This document shows positions 11,773 through 21,485 of a stretch of 64,000 bases of DNA, piece after piece. How positions within the stretch are numbered: position 1 is the stretch's first letter; the number at the start of each line of letters is the position of its first letter. Where the stretch lies: positions 64,001 through 128,000 of IMG/VR virus record IMGVR_UViG_3300029935_000001. The stretch is one strand, 5' to 3'. This DNA comes from a virus. Its lineage: Duplodnaviria; Heunggongvirae; Uroviricota; Caudoviricetes. The notes beneath the pieces are model-generated. The model was not told where the DNA came from. It did no database searches and saw only the letters and a program-made list of their open reading frames with translations. The position numbers and the translations under genes were made by a program.

Positions 11773-11778
11773 TATTTA
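11773..11778 (-). promoter_or_regulatory. T4-type late promoter core TAAATA for the giant ORF
   Basis: TAAATA on the minus strand overlaps the gp6-like stop codon, just upstream of the ATG at 11765. Confidence 0.55.
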
Positions 11779-14700
11779 CTCGCTGCGAATGTTGCCTGTT
11801 GTAATTGCTTCGATGACTTCGATATCGTTAACTGTTGCTGCACTAACAAAAATTTCGTTTGGCCGCGATTTAACTTCGAATAACGCACCAAATTTTTGCA
11901 ATGGATTCCGTGGCACAATTACCGCCGACGAAATTAATTCTCCAAGTTCTTTGTGTAAGAACGCAGCTAACTCCGAAAAATAGAAAGTATCGCCGAAGTC
12001 CCATTTGTCAATGGTAAAAAACTCATTGATAGCTCGAATTACCTTGGACTTAATTTCAGAATCAGACGCATTTACTTTAGAATTGCGGACCACCTTTATT
12101 GCTGCTCTAAGGCCTAACTCAGCTTTATCGCCAAACAACGGTTTAAATCTAACAGAGTTAAACACTATGTTGTCAGAGACCATTTTATACTTGTTGAGAT
12201 CCTTGTACGCCACTTCTAATTCATTTACCGTTGGCGCTATAGGTTCGACTATGGTATTAGTGGTGTCACGAAGATACCGTTGGTATTCAGTGTAGTATGA
12301 ATTCACCACTAAGTACAAATCAATGATATTGGTGCTGCCAGGGTCAATTCGGCGACTTGTTGGACTGTTGTGACGGTAATGATACTGAAGTCCTTGCCGG
12401 CCGCGACTGATTATAAATTCAGGCACTTGCCCTGGCTGCTCAGTGCCTTTAATAACTCGTTGGCTTAACATACGTTGACCACTGGCGTCAAGCTCAATAA
12501 CGAATATCTTGTGTTCGGCTGTTGCGTAAAACGTAGTACCGATGTCATAACTATAAATCGCTACTGAAAGATCGGTTTCAGTGGCGTAGTCTACGTTAAT
12601 TGAGTTTGCTGCCAGAGGCATTACTTCTTCTAAGTTGTCGGACGTCCGAGTCACTCGGAAAAAGACATACGACGAGTCGTCGACCAAGTAGTCAAAAAAG
12701 TCAGGGTCGTCGGCAATGCCGTCGAGATTTAAATCCGTAAAACTTATACTTACTCTGTAATCGTTGATATGCCCGTCGACTTCAGGAGGTTGGCCTACGA
12801 TATCTAGAATTACGTCAGAATCAAGTGGTTTTAACGATGCAGGTAAGGTATTTGTTTTTAGCAAACGAATATAATCATTTACTACAGTACCGGTTTTGGG
12901 GTCATAAACCTGCTGCGTGCCGTCATAAAAGAAACGAGTCTCAGCTAGACTTGCAAAGTAGTAAGCCAACCACCGTGTTGTAACCGTGTAAGTTTGTGTG
13001 TCGGTTTCAAACCTAACTAACCATGAACGAGGGTTATATGGGTCTGCCATTGTGGCTGGTTGGAACTGGTCGGCAGGTAACCCAGCTGCTACAGCTTCCT
13101 GGTTGGCCTGGTCGAGCGCTGTTCCTTTGATTAAAAACCACTCGCGACGATACGGATTGTATCCTAACGCAAAATTTAAATTTAGCGAAATTTCTCGTGT
13201 AATGTCTTGTTCTAGCCCAACAGGCAAATCTGTCGAGAAAACAGGTATTACCTTGTCTAATATAGCATTACTCGGAACAAATACATTCAGTGATATTGGG
13301 CCCGACCCGTCTTCAAGTGCGCCGACACCGCCGTTTGCTCCGTCGGTTTTTAACGAAGTGATTGTAGCCCATATATGGTACTTTGCTTTTTGATTTGCCC
13401 CTGGTTCGCCGAAGACCAGTCTATTAGATTCATTAAAGAAATACCCACTCGGCGGCACAAATTTTATTAACGCAGCAGGCACTAAGTAGCGGCGATTGTC
13501 AGACGTTAATGGACCCACAACCTGAGGCGTGTCGCTGGCATTAATAAAATACCCTGTAGTTTCGTTTAGCTGAACGGTTTTTTGGACCCATCGGTATGGT
13601 GTCGAAAACGCCGGGCGCTCATAATTGCGCTCTTTATAATAAAAGTGCGAAACCGCGCGGCTAGCCAATAAAGGCTCAAGGCGGTTAATAATAACGTCAG
13701 CAATGTCGTTGAGATCGTTCCACGAAAAGCTAAAGTTATTCAGCTCATCTTCTTCGTACAACACACCGTCCGACCCAAAAACGTTTGTCGAACTATACTT
13801 GCCTGTTACATCTACTAGATCAAGATATCTACTTGCGCCGATTGTGCTGCGATTAACTGCTTTACTCTTTAAGATCGAACCGTACTGAGTAAACGGAAAG
13901 TTTGAATAATCTTCCCCGTTTACCATTCTGTGCTGCGAGTAATACCGCGCAGGAGCTCGAGCTTTGATTTCCTCAATGGTCTCGCGCACCTTGGCGTTTG
14001 ATACTGCAGTCGTCAGCCCGACTGTGAGGGTAGCAGTTTCGACTCTATTGCGCCGACTAACATATGGCAGTGTTATAGTAATTGCAGCCATTTCATTGGG
14101 CGTGATTACATATTGCAACCCATTCGACGACCGGCAAAATACACGCAACAACCCAACCGGAATTTCGGCAAATACCCCGTCGCCGAAATTGATTGTAACC
14201 TTATCGTTAGCGCCGGAAGTGATAGAGTAGTACCATTTATTTTTATTGCGCTGCACATCTGGCGGACTAACCAAGCTATCAACGGCGGTCCACTGATTTG
14301 AATACTCGTTGTTCTGATCTGCAGAGAACACCCAAACATCAGAATTATTAACTCCTGGAACCTCTACATCAAGATTACGATTAGCAATTCGGTCTGTTAA
14401 ATTATAGTCGCGGGCTTGCAAAGAACCTTGCTTGAACAATATAAAAAACCCTGTATTGGGCGACGCAAACCCAAGCTGATCGTTACGATATAACAAGTTG
14501 AACACAGCAGACAACCGTGGCGCTGCTTCTATAACTCGCCCTGTGGTTATGTCGCTGCTCACAGCTTCGAAGTTCATCGAAACATTGTTTACTTTGCTTG
14601 TAAAAGCGCGCGTTGGCAAGCTGCCAGGGACTGTATTAACAGAATATTGCGAGGTCTCGACACCGAGAATTGTTTTTTTGTTGCCAGGGCGGCCAACGCG

Positions 14701-15204
14701 CTGGCTGTCTACTAGCATAGCATTCAGAATGGTGACCATTTGCTCGTACCAGTCTGGATTAGTTGAATCGTCCCACGACACTGCAACATCACGCAGGTTG
14801 TTGCCATTGTAGTCCGTTATGTTTTCGGTTGTACTAATGGAGAATAGCTTTAAAAACCCACTGGCAGTTTCGTTACGCTTAGGCGAATACGCAACCAGTT
14901 CAGCCAACTTAACTACACTTTCGCGGCGGTCTGCTGTTTCGAGAAAATTTTCGCGAGCGTTTAATTCGCTTCTAAAAGCAAGCGACTGTCCCATAAACGC
15001 TATTAAATCTAACAATGCTATAAACTCAGAAGATTCAACAAAATCGTTGAAAGTTTCTGGGTAGAAAGTGCGCAAATAATCAACAAAACTTTTGCGTATA
15101 GTTTCAAAGTCGTAACTCTGAAAATCCGCTTCCTGGTAAGTTTGATAAATCCTTTTCCAGTCTTCTATACCAAAAATAGCAGTTTGTCGGGTGGTGTTGG
15201 CCAT
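11776..15204 (-). CDS. Baseplate wedge subunit, T4 gp6-like (extended, 1142 aa)
   Basis: N-terminal DFETIRKSFVDYLR...FNDFVESSEFIALLDLIA...ENFLETA..RESVVKLA..V.Y.PKR, plus I.FGDG.F...P.G and ETIEEIK..AP..Y..Q.RMV..EDY, are gp6/baseplate J motifs. It is adjacent to the gp25-like gene. Confidence 0.85.
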   Translation of the reverse strand: MANTTRQTAIFGIEDWKRIYQTYQEADFQSYDFETIRKSFVDYLRTFYPETFNDFVESSEFIALLDLIAFMGQSLAFRSELNARENFLETADRRESVVKLAELVAYSPKRNETASGFLKLFSISTTENITDYNGNNLRDVAVSWDDSTNPDWYEQMVTILNAMLVDSQRVGRPGNKKTILGVETSQYSVNTVPGSLPTRAFTSKVNNVSMNFEAVSSDITTGRVIEAAPRLSAVFNLLYRNDQLGFASPNTGFFILFKQGSLQARDYNLTDRIANRNLDVEVPGVNNSDVWVFSADQNNEYSNQWTAVDSLVSPPDVQRNKNKWYYSITSGANDKVTINFGDGVFAEIPVGLLRVFCRSSNGLQYVITPNEMAAITITLPYVSRRNRVETATLTVGLTTAVSNAKVRETIEEIKARAPARYYSQHRMVNGEDYSNFPFTQYGSILKSKAVNRSTIGASRYLDLVDVTGKYSSTNVFGSDGVLYEEDELNNFSFSWNDLNDIADVIINRLEPLLASRAVSHFYYKERNYERPAFSTPYRWVQKTVQLNETTGYFINASDTPQVVGPLTSDNRRYLVPAALIKFVPPSGYFFNESNRLVFGEPGANQKAKYHIWATITSLKTDGANGGVGALEDGSGPISLNVFVPSNAILDKVIPVFSTDLPVGLEQDITREISLNLNFALGYNPYRREWFLIKGTALDQANQEAVAAGLPADQFQPATMADPYNPRSWLVRFETDTQTYTVTTRWLAYYFASLAETRFFYDGTQQVYDPKTGTVVNDYIRLLKTNTLPASLKPLDSDVILDIVGQPPEVDGHINDYRVSISFTDLNLDGIADDPDFFDYLVDDSSYVFFRVTRTSDNLEEVMPLAANSINVDYATETDLSVAIYSYDIGTTFYATAEHKIFVIELDASGQRMLSQRVIKGTEQPGQVPEFIISRGRQGLQYHYRHNSPTSRRIDPGSTNIIDLYLVVNSYYTEYQRYLRDTTNTIVEPIAPTVNELEVAYKDLNKYKMVSDNIVFNSVRFKPLFGDKAELGLRAAIKVVRNSKVNASDSEIKSKVIRAINEFFTIDKWDFGDTFYFSELAAFLHKELGELISSAVIVPRNPLQKFGALFEVKSRPNEIFVSAATVNDIEVIEAITTGNIRSE

Positions 15205-15224
15205 ATGAAATACCTCTTATGTAT

Positions 15225-15230
15225 TATTTA
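15225..15230 (-). promoter_or_regulatory. Late promoter core (CA)TAAATA
   Basis: CATAAATA lies ~20 nt upstream of the gp6-like ATG, followed by a GAGG Shine-Dalgarno. Confidence 0.65.
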
Positions 15231-15254
15231 TGGCCGCAAAAATCAGCGGTTTTG

Positions 15255-15632
15255 CTATAACATAGTCACTGACTGCTGATTTGTATCGAACTTTAAAAAA
15301 AGATGCTCTACTGAGTGATCTGGCCGCGTGTCCAATTCAACATCCGCAAGTATAGTATGGTCTTGGGCATACAACTTTAAGCTTATTAACTCGACTCGCG
15401 GGTCGGATGCGATAACTCGCCGAATTTCGGTTTCTAATTCACCGACTCCAGTCTCGTCTAAGTTTTCAAAAACAATACTGTGAATAGTTGTGCCGTATCC
15501 CGGGCGTCCAGGAATTTCCCCTAACTTAATCAAAAATGAATTTAAAATATCTCGCTTAACCAACTCAAAATCGTGCATGGAGAATTTTTTCTTTTGACCG
15601 ATTGTATTGAAACCTTTAAACGTTGCATCCAT
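15255..15632 (-). CDS. Baseplate wedge subunit, gp25/GPW-like
   Basis: 125 aa with ELVKRDILN...K.GE.PGRP.YGT.I..IVFE and DPRVEL, typical of the GPW_gp25 family; fits the gene order. Confidence 0.85.
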   Translation of the reverse strand: MDATFKGFNTIGQKKKFSMHDFELVKRDILNSFLIKLGEIPGRPGYGTTIHSIVFENLDETGVGELETEIRRVIASDPRVELISLKLYAQDHTILADVELDTRPDHSVEHLFLKFDTNQQSVTML

Positions 15633-15636
15633 GTCA

Positions 15637-17964
15637 TTATCCTAAATTAAAACCATCTACTGCGGACCTCACAGTAGCAGTTAGTTGGTTTGCTGTTGAT
15701 TGTAAATCAGAGGCAATCTTTTGTGCCCCAGCCGCTGCAGTTTGGACTTGATAAGCAATCTTAGGGATTTTGGCGTTGCCTAAAATCTCGTTAGTGGTTT
15801 TGTCCAGGCCATCACGCGCTGCTGTTGCGATTTGTCCAGCTTGCTCTCCGACTTGCGCAATTTGTGCCGGTAACTTGTCAGTAACAAAGCTTACTGCGTA
15901 TTTTGCCTGCTGCATTGCTGCGTCAACTTGCGCTTTTACATCGGCTGTAATTGCACTAACTTTTCCGTTAACAAAATTAGCAACATCCTCAGGGGATGTA
16001 TTTGCTGCCGCTTGAATCAGTCCGGCTACTTGCTTAACATCTGCCACTGCTTGTATAACCCCTAACTCCTCGAGCCTATCGTGTGCAAGAGAATACAACT
16101 GCTCTTGCACTTTGGTTTGTAACTTCTCCGATTGCAGGAACCCTGCGATACTGTCAATCCCGCCTTTGAGTGTCCAATTAGATGAGTCGCTAAGTAATTC
16201 AGTAATTGTCTCTGACACATTACCCACTTCGTTTAACATGTCCGCAACACCGGGCTTAATAAACCCTGCAGCCTCTAGTTCGCCGACTGATACTCCAAAC
16301 TTTCCGATTAGCCCATCTGGGCTAACCGTAGTAAGTGTTTGCCCTAACGCTTCCATTTTTTTAGCGCTTTGAGCTAGCATACCGGTTACCTGATCAGGCG
16401 AAACTTTGCCAATGGCAACCGTAGCTTTTTCAGCATTTAACACGTCGCCTGCTGAAATACCCGATTCGAGCGGCGGTTCATTCGGTGGCGGTGCGGGCAT
16501 TGCAGGCGGTGGCGGCGCCGGCGGTTGCACTTCCATTACTACTCGAGCCTCAACTCCTTTGTTGTGCTCGGAGTACGGTTCGTGTGTTGGTGCTCGAGGC
16601 ACAATTGACGTAAGGGTCGCTGGGGCCGAAACCCAGCCGCTGCCGGTCAACTTTGCATCCGCTAATTTTGTTTTTACAATTTTTGTTACTGGATTAACCG
16701 AAGCTGCGCCGCCGGAGTTTAGATTTATTCGGCTGCCGGTGACCGAAAAAGCGCCTGCTGAGCTAACAGCCGCACTCGAATCCGACTTAATACCTAAGCT
16801 GCCATTGGCCAAGATGCCCAAAGTAGCAGCAGAATGAACGGTCATGTTTCCGGACGAAAACGCAGCATATGTTCCGTTAGTTTCTGTGTGGATACTGCGT
16901 TCGGCATACACGTTAAATTTCTCTCCAGCATACATATTGATTGACTTGTCGGCGTGAAAATTTAGTTCCCCTTGTGTGCGCAAATTCACCGAGTTAGTGC
17001 TATACACGTCAATGGCGCCTTCTTTGCCCATTTCAATCCATGATTGACCGTTAGCGTGAATAAAATAAAAGCAGTCGCCGTCGTCGGACATTAACAACTG
17101 ATGGCCCCTGCTGGTACGGATCCGTACCAGCGCGTCTTTGCCTTCGACATCGCCGTCGTCCATAACAAACGTGTGACCACCGCGCCGGCCAACAACTTTT
17201 ACATCCTGAGGCTTGAGTTTACCTGACGATAACTGACTTCGAATATCAGCTTCGCTTAATCCGCCGTCGTAAATTGCACGGCCAGGTGTTGAGATTCCGT
17301 ATACCGACGACGGCGATTCTCGCTGTGAGCTGCTTCCAATTGGGCCGCGAGTTCGATCATTGATTAGGCCTTGCTGAAACAATGTAGCAGCAGTGTACGA
17401 ATGTACCGGCTTTACTTTGTCGTGAAATCGCGGGTCTTCTCGAATTTCGTCGTTTTTGTCGTTGATTTCTGCAACCGGTAACCGAGTCGCGCCGCCGAAT
17501 AACTTTTCTTGTGCTTTGTTATCGCGCTTGGCTTGGGCAGTAGCGCCAATGGCTGGAACCATGTGTGTTAGCCCTGGCTCAGGTATACACCCAACATAAT
17601 ACCCTAAGTTAGGGTCGCCGTTGGCGAAAAAACACAGCACTCGAGTCTCTAGGTCCGGGGGCGTAAACCACATTCCATACGAGTGCCGATTGCCAACATA
17701 GTCACCTTCAGTTTCCGACGATGCGGTATTTGGTGTGACTCCGTAATACGGCGGCAGGTATGACACTGTGCGCCATACGCTGGTGTCCGTTTGATCCGAC
17801 CCACTTGCTAACTCAGTGATAAACACTTGCAGTCGACCCGACCGGGTCGGGTCAACGTTATTCTTCACTATGCCAATAAACGGACCGGGGTCGGCTGCAG
17901 CGCCACCGCGGTCTAACTTATACTCCGAACCGCGGCCGGTGTTGCGTTGAATGTTTTCTGCCAT
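15637..17964 (-). CDS. Baseplate central spike, gp5/VgrG-like (OB-fold plus beta-helix) with a C-terminal extension
   Basis: GIVKNNVDPTRSGRLQVFI and WFTPPD..TRVLCFF.NGDPN.GYY fit a gp5 OB-fold. GHTFVMDD...RIRTSRGHQLLMSD and short beta repeats follow, then a Pro-rich linker and an extra domain. Confidence 0.75.
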   Translation of the reverse strand: MAENIQRNTGRGSEYKLDRGGAAADPGPFIGIVKNNVDPTRSGRLQVFITELASGSDQTDTSVWRTVSYLPPYYGVTPNTASSETEGDYVGNRHSYGMWFTPPDLETRVLCFFANGDPNLGYYVGCIPEPGLTHMVPAIGATAQAKRDNKAQEKLFGGATRLPVAEINDKNDEIREDPRFHDKVKPVHSYTAATLFQQGLINDRTRGPIGSSSQRESPSSVYGISTPGRAIYDGGLSEADIRSQLSSGKLKPQDVKVVGRRGGHTFVMDDGDVEGKDALVRIRTSRGHQLLMSDDGDCFYFIHANGQSWIEMGKEGAIDVYSTNSVNLRTQGELNFHADKSINMYAGEKFNVYAERSIHTETNGTYAAFSSGNMTVHSAATLGILANGSLGIKSDSSAAVSSAGAFSVTGSRINLNSGGAASVNPVTKIVKTKLADAKLTGSGWVSAPATLTSIVPRAPTHEPYSEHNKGVEARVVMEVQPPAPPPPAMPAPPPNEPPLESGISAGDVLNAEKATVAIGKVSPDQVTGMLAQSAKKMEALGQTLTTVSPDGLIGKFGVSVGELEAAGFIKPGVADMLNEVGNVSETITELLSDSSNWTLKGGIDSIAGFLQSEKLQTKVQEQLYSLAHDRLEELGVIQAVADVKQVAGLIQAAANTSPEDVANFVNGKVSAITADVKAQVDAAMQQAKYAVSFVTDKLPAQIAQVGEQAGQIATAARDGLDKTTNEILGNAKIPKIAYQVQTAAAGAQKIASDLQSTANQLTATVRSAVDGFNLG

Positions 17965-17965
17965 C

Positions 17966-20101
17966 TTAGGTTCCTAGTCGAGTTAGTGCTGTGCTAAACT
18001 CTCTGTCATTTAGCAAGGTTGGATAGTCTTGGCGTAATTTTAACAACTCTGCAGTAGTCGACACCTGACGCTGTTGACCATTGCTGAGGACTACTGTAAC
18101 CGTAGTAGTCGGGCCAAATGCCGAGTTACCGTTGCTGGCTACTTGAGTCTGCTGCGGCGAGTCGAACTGCACTAAGTTTGGATTCAATGCGTTTGACCCG
18201 TAAAAATTACTACCAGTGATCGGTGTTGGCGCTGAAATATTAGTAATACTACTGCTTGTGGCTTGTTGAACATCCGGCGGTCGAACCTGGCTATTTACTG
18301 TTGAATCTTTTTGCACTTCATTGTCGCTTAGCCGCAGCCAACCAATTAACTCTTGCGTAAACTGACCATTTTTAAACATACTTGTAACCACGCGGGCGTT
18401 ATACACAAAAGTGTTTATACGCACTCCTGGGAAGTTACTGGTTCTTCCGGTGTTTGCTTGATTTACATCCATGAGCCCTGTTCTCATGTTATAATCAACT
18501 GGAACATTAAAACTAACCTCAAACATTACGTGCCCGGCTTCAAAATTAACAGCACCATTAGAAGTAAACGGCATCATTTCGGAACCGCCAACCGTTGCTT
18601 CTCCGAGCCAGTCTGGGTCACCGTGGATTACTAGTCTAACTTCCGCTTGGTCAGCTAAGCTATATAAGTTTGCTGCGTAAAATGCAGCAGGGTCCGCAGC
18701 ACCGTTACGGGCACCTTGTGACGAAACATTTGCTCCTGGAGTTACAATCGACGCCGTCGGTGATCCGATATTGTTAATTGCATTTTTAGCCTCTGCTGGC
18801 GCCATTCGAGTAAAATATAAAAAGTTATACTCTTGCTCAAAGCTCAGCACTTCTTTGTTTTGACCAGTGAACCAATAATCATACCGTTTGTGCGGGCCCT
18901 TGTATGCAGTCTTAGGCATTGAGCCAGTGTTTAGATATACCTCATACGGACGGACTACATATGTGGTTTTATACAGTGTTGAATTCTGTGCCTGGTCAAA
19001 AGTCAATTCGGTTCGACCGCCTACTAGGAACCATTTAGCTACTTCATTAACATTTGGCTTAATTATTACTTCGCCGGTTTCGGTTATATCGTAAGCTTGT
19101 TGGTCGCTAATATAAGAACTTGCGCGAACGATTGTATCAATAAACTGAATAATCGGGGTGCCAGCTGCAACTGAAAAATTACGGTCATTGGTCTGCACTT
19201 GCCCTTTTTCTGGCAGAATACGGTCTGCTTCAGTTGTCATGTTTGCAGGAGTTGCATCTAGTGCAGTAGGGCCCGGGCGTTTTAACACAGCATTAGCAAT
19301 AGCTGGGTCAGCAAATTCTATCGCTATTTCGTTTGTTCGCGTCCCTCCTGGCGCCAGGCTTTTGTAATACCCGTTAATTGCGTCAGTAAGGCTGCGCACA
19401 TTAGCCGCTGGGGTACTAGAGCCTGTGCCGGCCAATAACTGCCCAACTGTGCTTGCTGATAATTCGAGGGGAATTGGAACTGCGCCAGTTAGCCCGCCTT
19501 GTGCATAGTAGCTCCACTCTGGTACTCCTGCGCACTGATACTCTACTGTATTGCCGTTTACTTTAAATTTTATTTCTTGAAACTTAAACGGAATATACTT
19601 TTCGATCGCAGCCGCTGAGTCTGAGGTATTACTGCTGATTCCGCGAATTGGCTTACCGTTTTTGTCAAAACCATAAAACCTAATTACTAACAAATACGGC
19701 TGCGACCAATACGAAGGATCCCCGCTTCCTAATTTTTGAACTTCTTTTTCTAAACGGTCTAAAAAAGTAATACCATATGGCTCAATAACTTTAAACCGCA
19801 TTTCATACGAAAGTGACGGACTTCCGGTTTCTTGAGTGGAGACCAGCGACTTTATTTCAATGTCATCGATATAAAAATCAAGATCGAAAAATTCACTACG
19901 TTCGGCGGTGAGATTACCGTTTGCTGATGCTTGACCACGCGCAGGTGCGCCACCGTTTTGAGCAATCAACGAAAGTCCAGCGACTGTGCGCTCGCCAGCC
20001 GCTAAGCGAGTAAAATATTCAAGCGGACCGGCATATAACGAAGCAATGTATGTACACGAACTAAACGTTGAAAGTATGTTGTCTCTGGGCAATAAACTCA
20101 T
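17966..20101 (-). CDS. Probable baseplate hub protein (gp27/gpD-like)
   Basis: 711 aa between the gp53-like and gp5-like genes. C-terminal L.I.GDP.W and Y.A..V.S.F.NGQFTQ.L fit hub-family patterns. Confidence 0.55.
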   Translation of the reverse strand: MSLLPRDNILSTFSSCTYIASLYAGPLEYFTRLAAGERTVAGLSLIAQNGGAPARGQASANGNLTAERSEFFDLDFYIDDIEIKSLVSTQETGSPSLSYEMRFKVIEPYGITFLDRLEKEVQKLGSGDPSYWSQPYLLVIRFYGFDKNGKPIRGISSNTSDSAAAIEKYIPFKFQEIKFKVNGNTVEYQCAGVPEWSYYAQGGLTGAVPIPLELSASTVGQLLAGTGSSTPAANVRSLTDAINGYYKSLAPGGTRTNEIAIEFADPAIANAVLKRPGPTALDATPANMTTEADRILPEKGQVQTNDRNFSVAAGTPIIQFIDTIVRASSYISDQQAYDITETGEVIIKPNVNEVAKWFLVGGRTELTFDQAQNSTLYKTTYVVRPYEVYLNTGSMPKTAYKGPHKRYDYWFTGQNKEVLSFEQEYNFLYFTRMAPAEAKNAINNIGSPTASIVTPGANVSSQGARNGAADPAAFYAANLYSLADQAEVRLVIHGDPDWLGEATVGGSEMMPFTSNGAVNFEAGHVMFEVSFNVPVDYNMRTGLMDVNQANTGRTSNFPGVRINTFVYNARVVTSMFKNGQFTQELIGWLRLSDNEVQKDSTVNSQVRPPDVQQATSSSITNISAPTPITGSNFYGSNALNPNLVQFDSPQQTQVASNGNSAFGPTTTVTVVLSNGQQRQVSTTAELLKLRQDYPTLLNDREFSTALTRLGT

Positions 20102-20400
20102 TAAATTCCCAATGCCTTTTTAAGTGTTTCGATTTTTGGCACCCACAATTGAGTGCCTTCGACGAAATCCAGTAACGGATTAATCAATACATTCGGGTTC
20201 CGCACTGCGAATACCCACCAAAGCCTGCTGTCGCTGTATAAGTCATACGCAAGTAGGTCTGGTCTCAGGTGGTAAGTCCGATCCAACATAATCACTGCGT
20301 CGTCATCGAGTGCCGGAAACGACCTTTGATCCCAAACTTCTAAATAGCCCGCCGAGTCAACCTTTGTTTTAAAATACGGACTTTGTGGCGCAAAATTCAT
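20101..20400 (-). CDS. Baseplate wedge protein, gp53/LysM-like
   Basis: Contains RPDLLAYDLYSDSRLWWVFAVRNP...P..DF..G..L.VP, the gp53-type motif. Confidence 0.8.
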   Translation of the reverse strand: MNFAPQSPYFKTKVDSAGYLEVWDQRSFPALDDDAVIMLDRTYHLRPDLLAYDLYSDSRLWWVFAVRNPNVLINPLLDFVEGTQLWVPKIETLKKALGI

Positions 20401-21368
20401 TATATAAACCCTCGAGTAATAAGTTCTCCGGATGCGTACTTTTTGAGACTAAAATCAGTTGACATTTGGTGCCGGCTCATCATTGGCAGCAGGGTGAGCG
20501 TGATTTCCAGTTTAGTAGGCACATACGATGCTCCTACACTCCCGGCAGTAATCGAGTTACTTGCTGCTTTTTTGCCCCCGGGCAAAATCCCAAGACGTTC
20601 GAGTCTCGATAACGTTGCCGACAATGGATTAGTGCGACGGCGGTTTGTATCCACTGCCGGGCCCGTCGGCGCTGAAATCGTCCCGGGCTCAGTTCGAACA
20701 TAGTTCACATCCGACGGCAGTAAGTAGTTAAAGTCTTTAATTACCACCGGTACGCGATTGTACTGGTGTTGCCCGTGCGCGGAGAAAAACAACACCGGCG
20801 GTGGGGTTCCGCGTTCGTAATCTTGTCCGTAAAACATCTTAGACGCTGATTTGAAAAAATGTATCGCTGCTAACACGTACTTAGCTTCGGCATTATCTTG
20901 CGCTGTAAACGTGGCCTGAAGCTGTATCTCACCGGGGTTTGATCCTTGATAATGGTACCCGTTCCAGTTTGAATACGGTAACGTAGTAGTCGAGTAGTTT
21001 GCGTGGTGTATTGTATCAATTTGCGGCGTATACGGAAAAATCACTCCATTGGTTTCGCGCAACGGAGCCAAAATCCCAGGCTGGCTTGCGTTATACAAAT
21101 AATCAGCATCCGGAGCTAACTGTAATCGTGCGCGCCAATCGCTGGCTGCTGTTGCTGTGAGGTCAACGGTTTGCACCGCAGATTTATTTGGCAAGTTAGC
21201 AATAAAGTCGCCCATCGGGTCCGAGCTTGTTTGGGCCCGGGTGAGGTCTACTGTTGCAACGTTTTGAACAGGATCCGGCTGGCTAATTTGCCCGGATCCA
21301 GCTGAGGCTGTAATAAACGATTGTTGGTTGTTGGTAACTGGTGCCGGGGAGCTTATAAGCGTAGCCAT
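20400..21368 (-). CDS. Tail tube initiator / baseplate protein (gp48/gp54-like)
   Basis: VIFPYTP.I...H.ANY and GTPPPVLFF...G.....VPVVI..F...LP are tube-initiator-like. It is the first gene of the baseplate operon. Confidence 0.55.
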   Translation of the reverse strand: MATLISSPAPVTNNQQSFITASAGSGQISQPDPVQNVATVDLTRAQTSSDPMGDFIANLPNKSAVQTVDLTATAASDWRARLQLAPDADYLYNASQPGILAPLRETNGVIFPYTPQIDTIHHANYSTTTLPYSNWNGYHYQGSNPGEIQLQATFTAQDNAEAKYVLAAIHFFKSASKMFYGQDYERGTPPPVLFFSAHGQHQYNRVPVVIKDFNYLLPSDVNYVRTEPGTISAPTGPAVDTNRRRTNPLSATLSRLERLGILPGGKKAASNSITAGSVGASYVPTKLEITLTLLPMMSRHQMSTDFSLKKYASGELITRGFI

Positions 21369-21387
21369 GGTAAAATTCCTTATACCT

Positions 21388-21393
21388 TATTTA
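21388..21393 (-). promoter_or_regulatory. Late promoter for the baseplate operon
   Basis: GATAAATA on the minus strand, then an AAGGA Shine-Dalgarno and the ATG at 21368. Confidence 0.65.
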
Positions 21394-21432
21394 TCGGGGA
21401 GATCTATAGGTATTTTTCCTTTACCAAAACGT

Positions 21433-21460
21433 TTGACATTATAAAAAGCTATGCTACACT
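21433..21460 (+). promoter_or_regulatory. Sigma70-type (early/middle) promoter for the late sigma gene
   Basis: TTGACA (21433-21438), a 16-nt spacer containing an extended -10 TG, and TACACT (21455-21460), followed by an AAGGAG Shine-Dalgarno. Confidence 0.7.
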
Positions 21461-21485
21461 GTATGTAAGGAGATAAATCTTACAT

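Noticed and set aside
427-21368. Many short plus-strand ORFs (and a few minus ones) listed over the baseplate operon
   Set aside because: They are antisense or out-of-frame shadows of long minus-strand genes, with no ribosome-binding sites or recognisable motifs.
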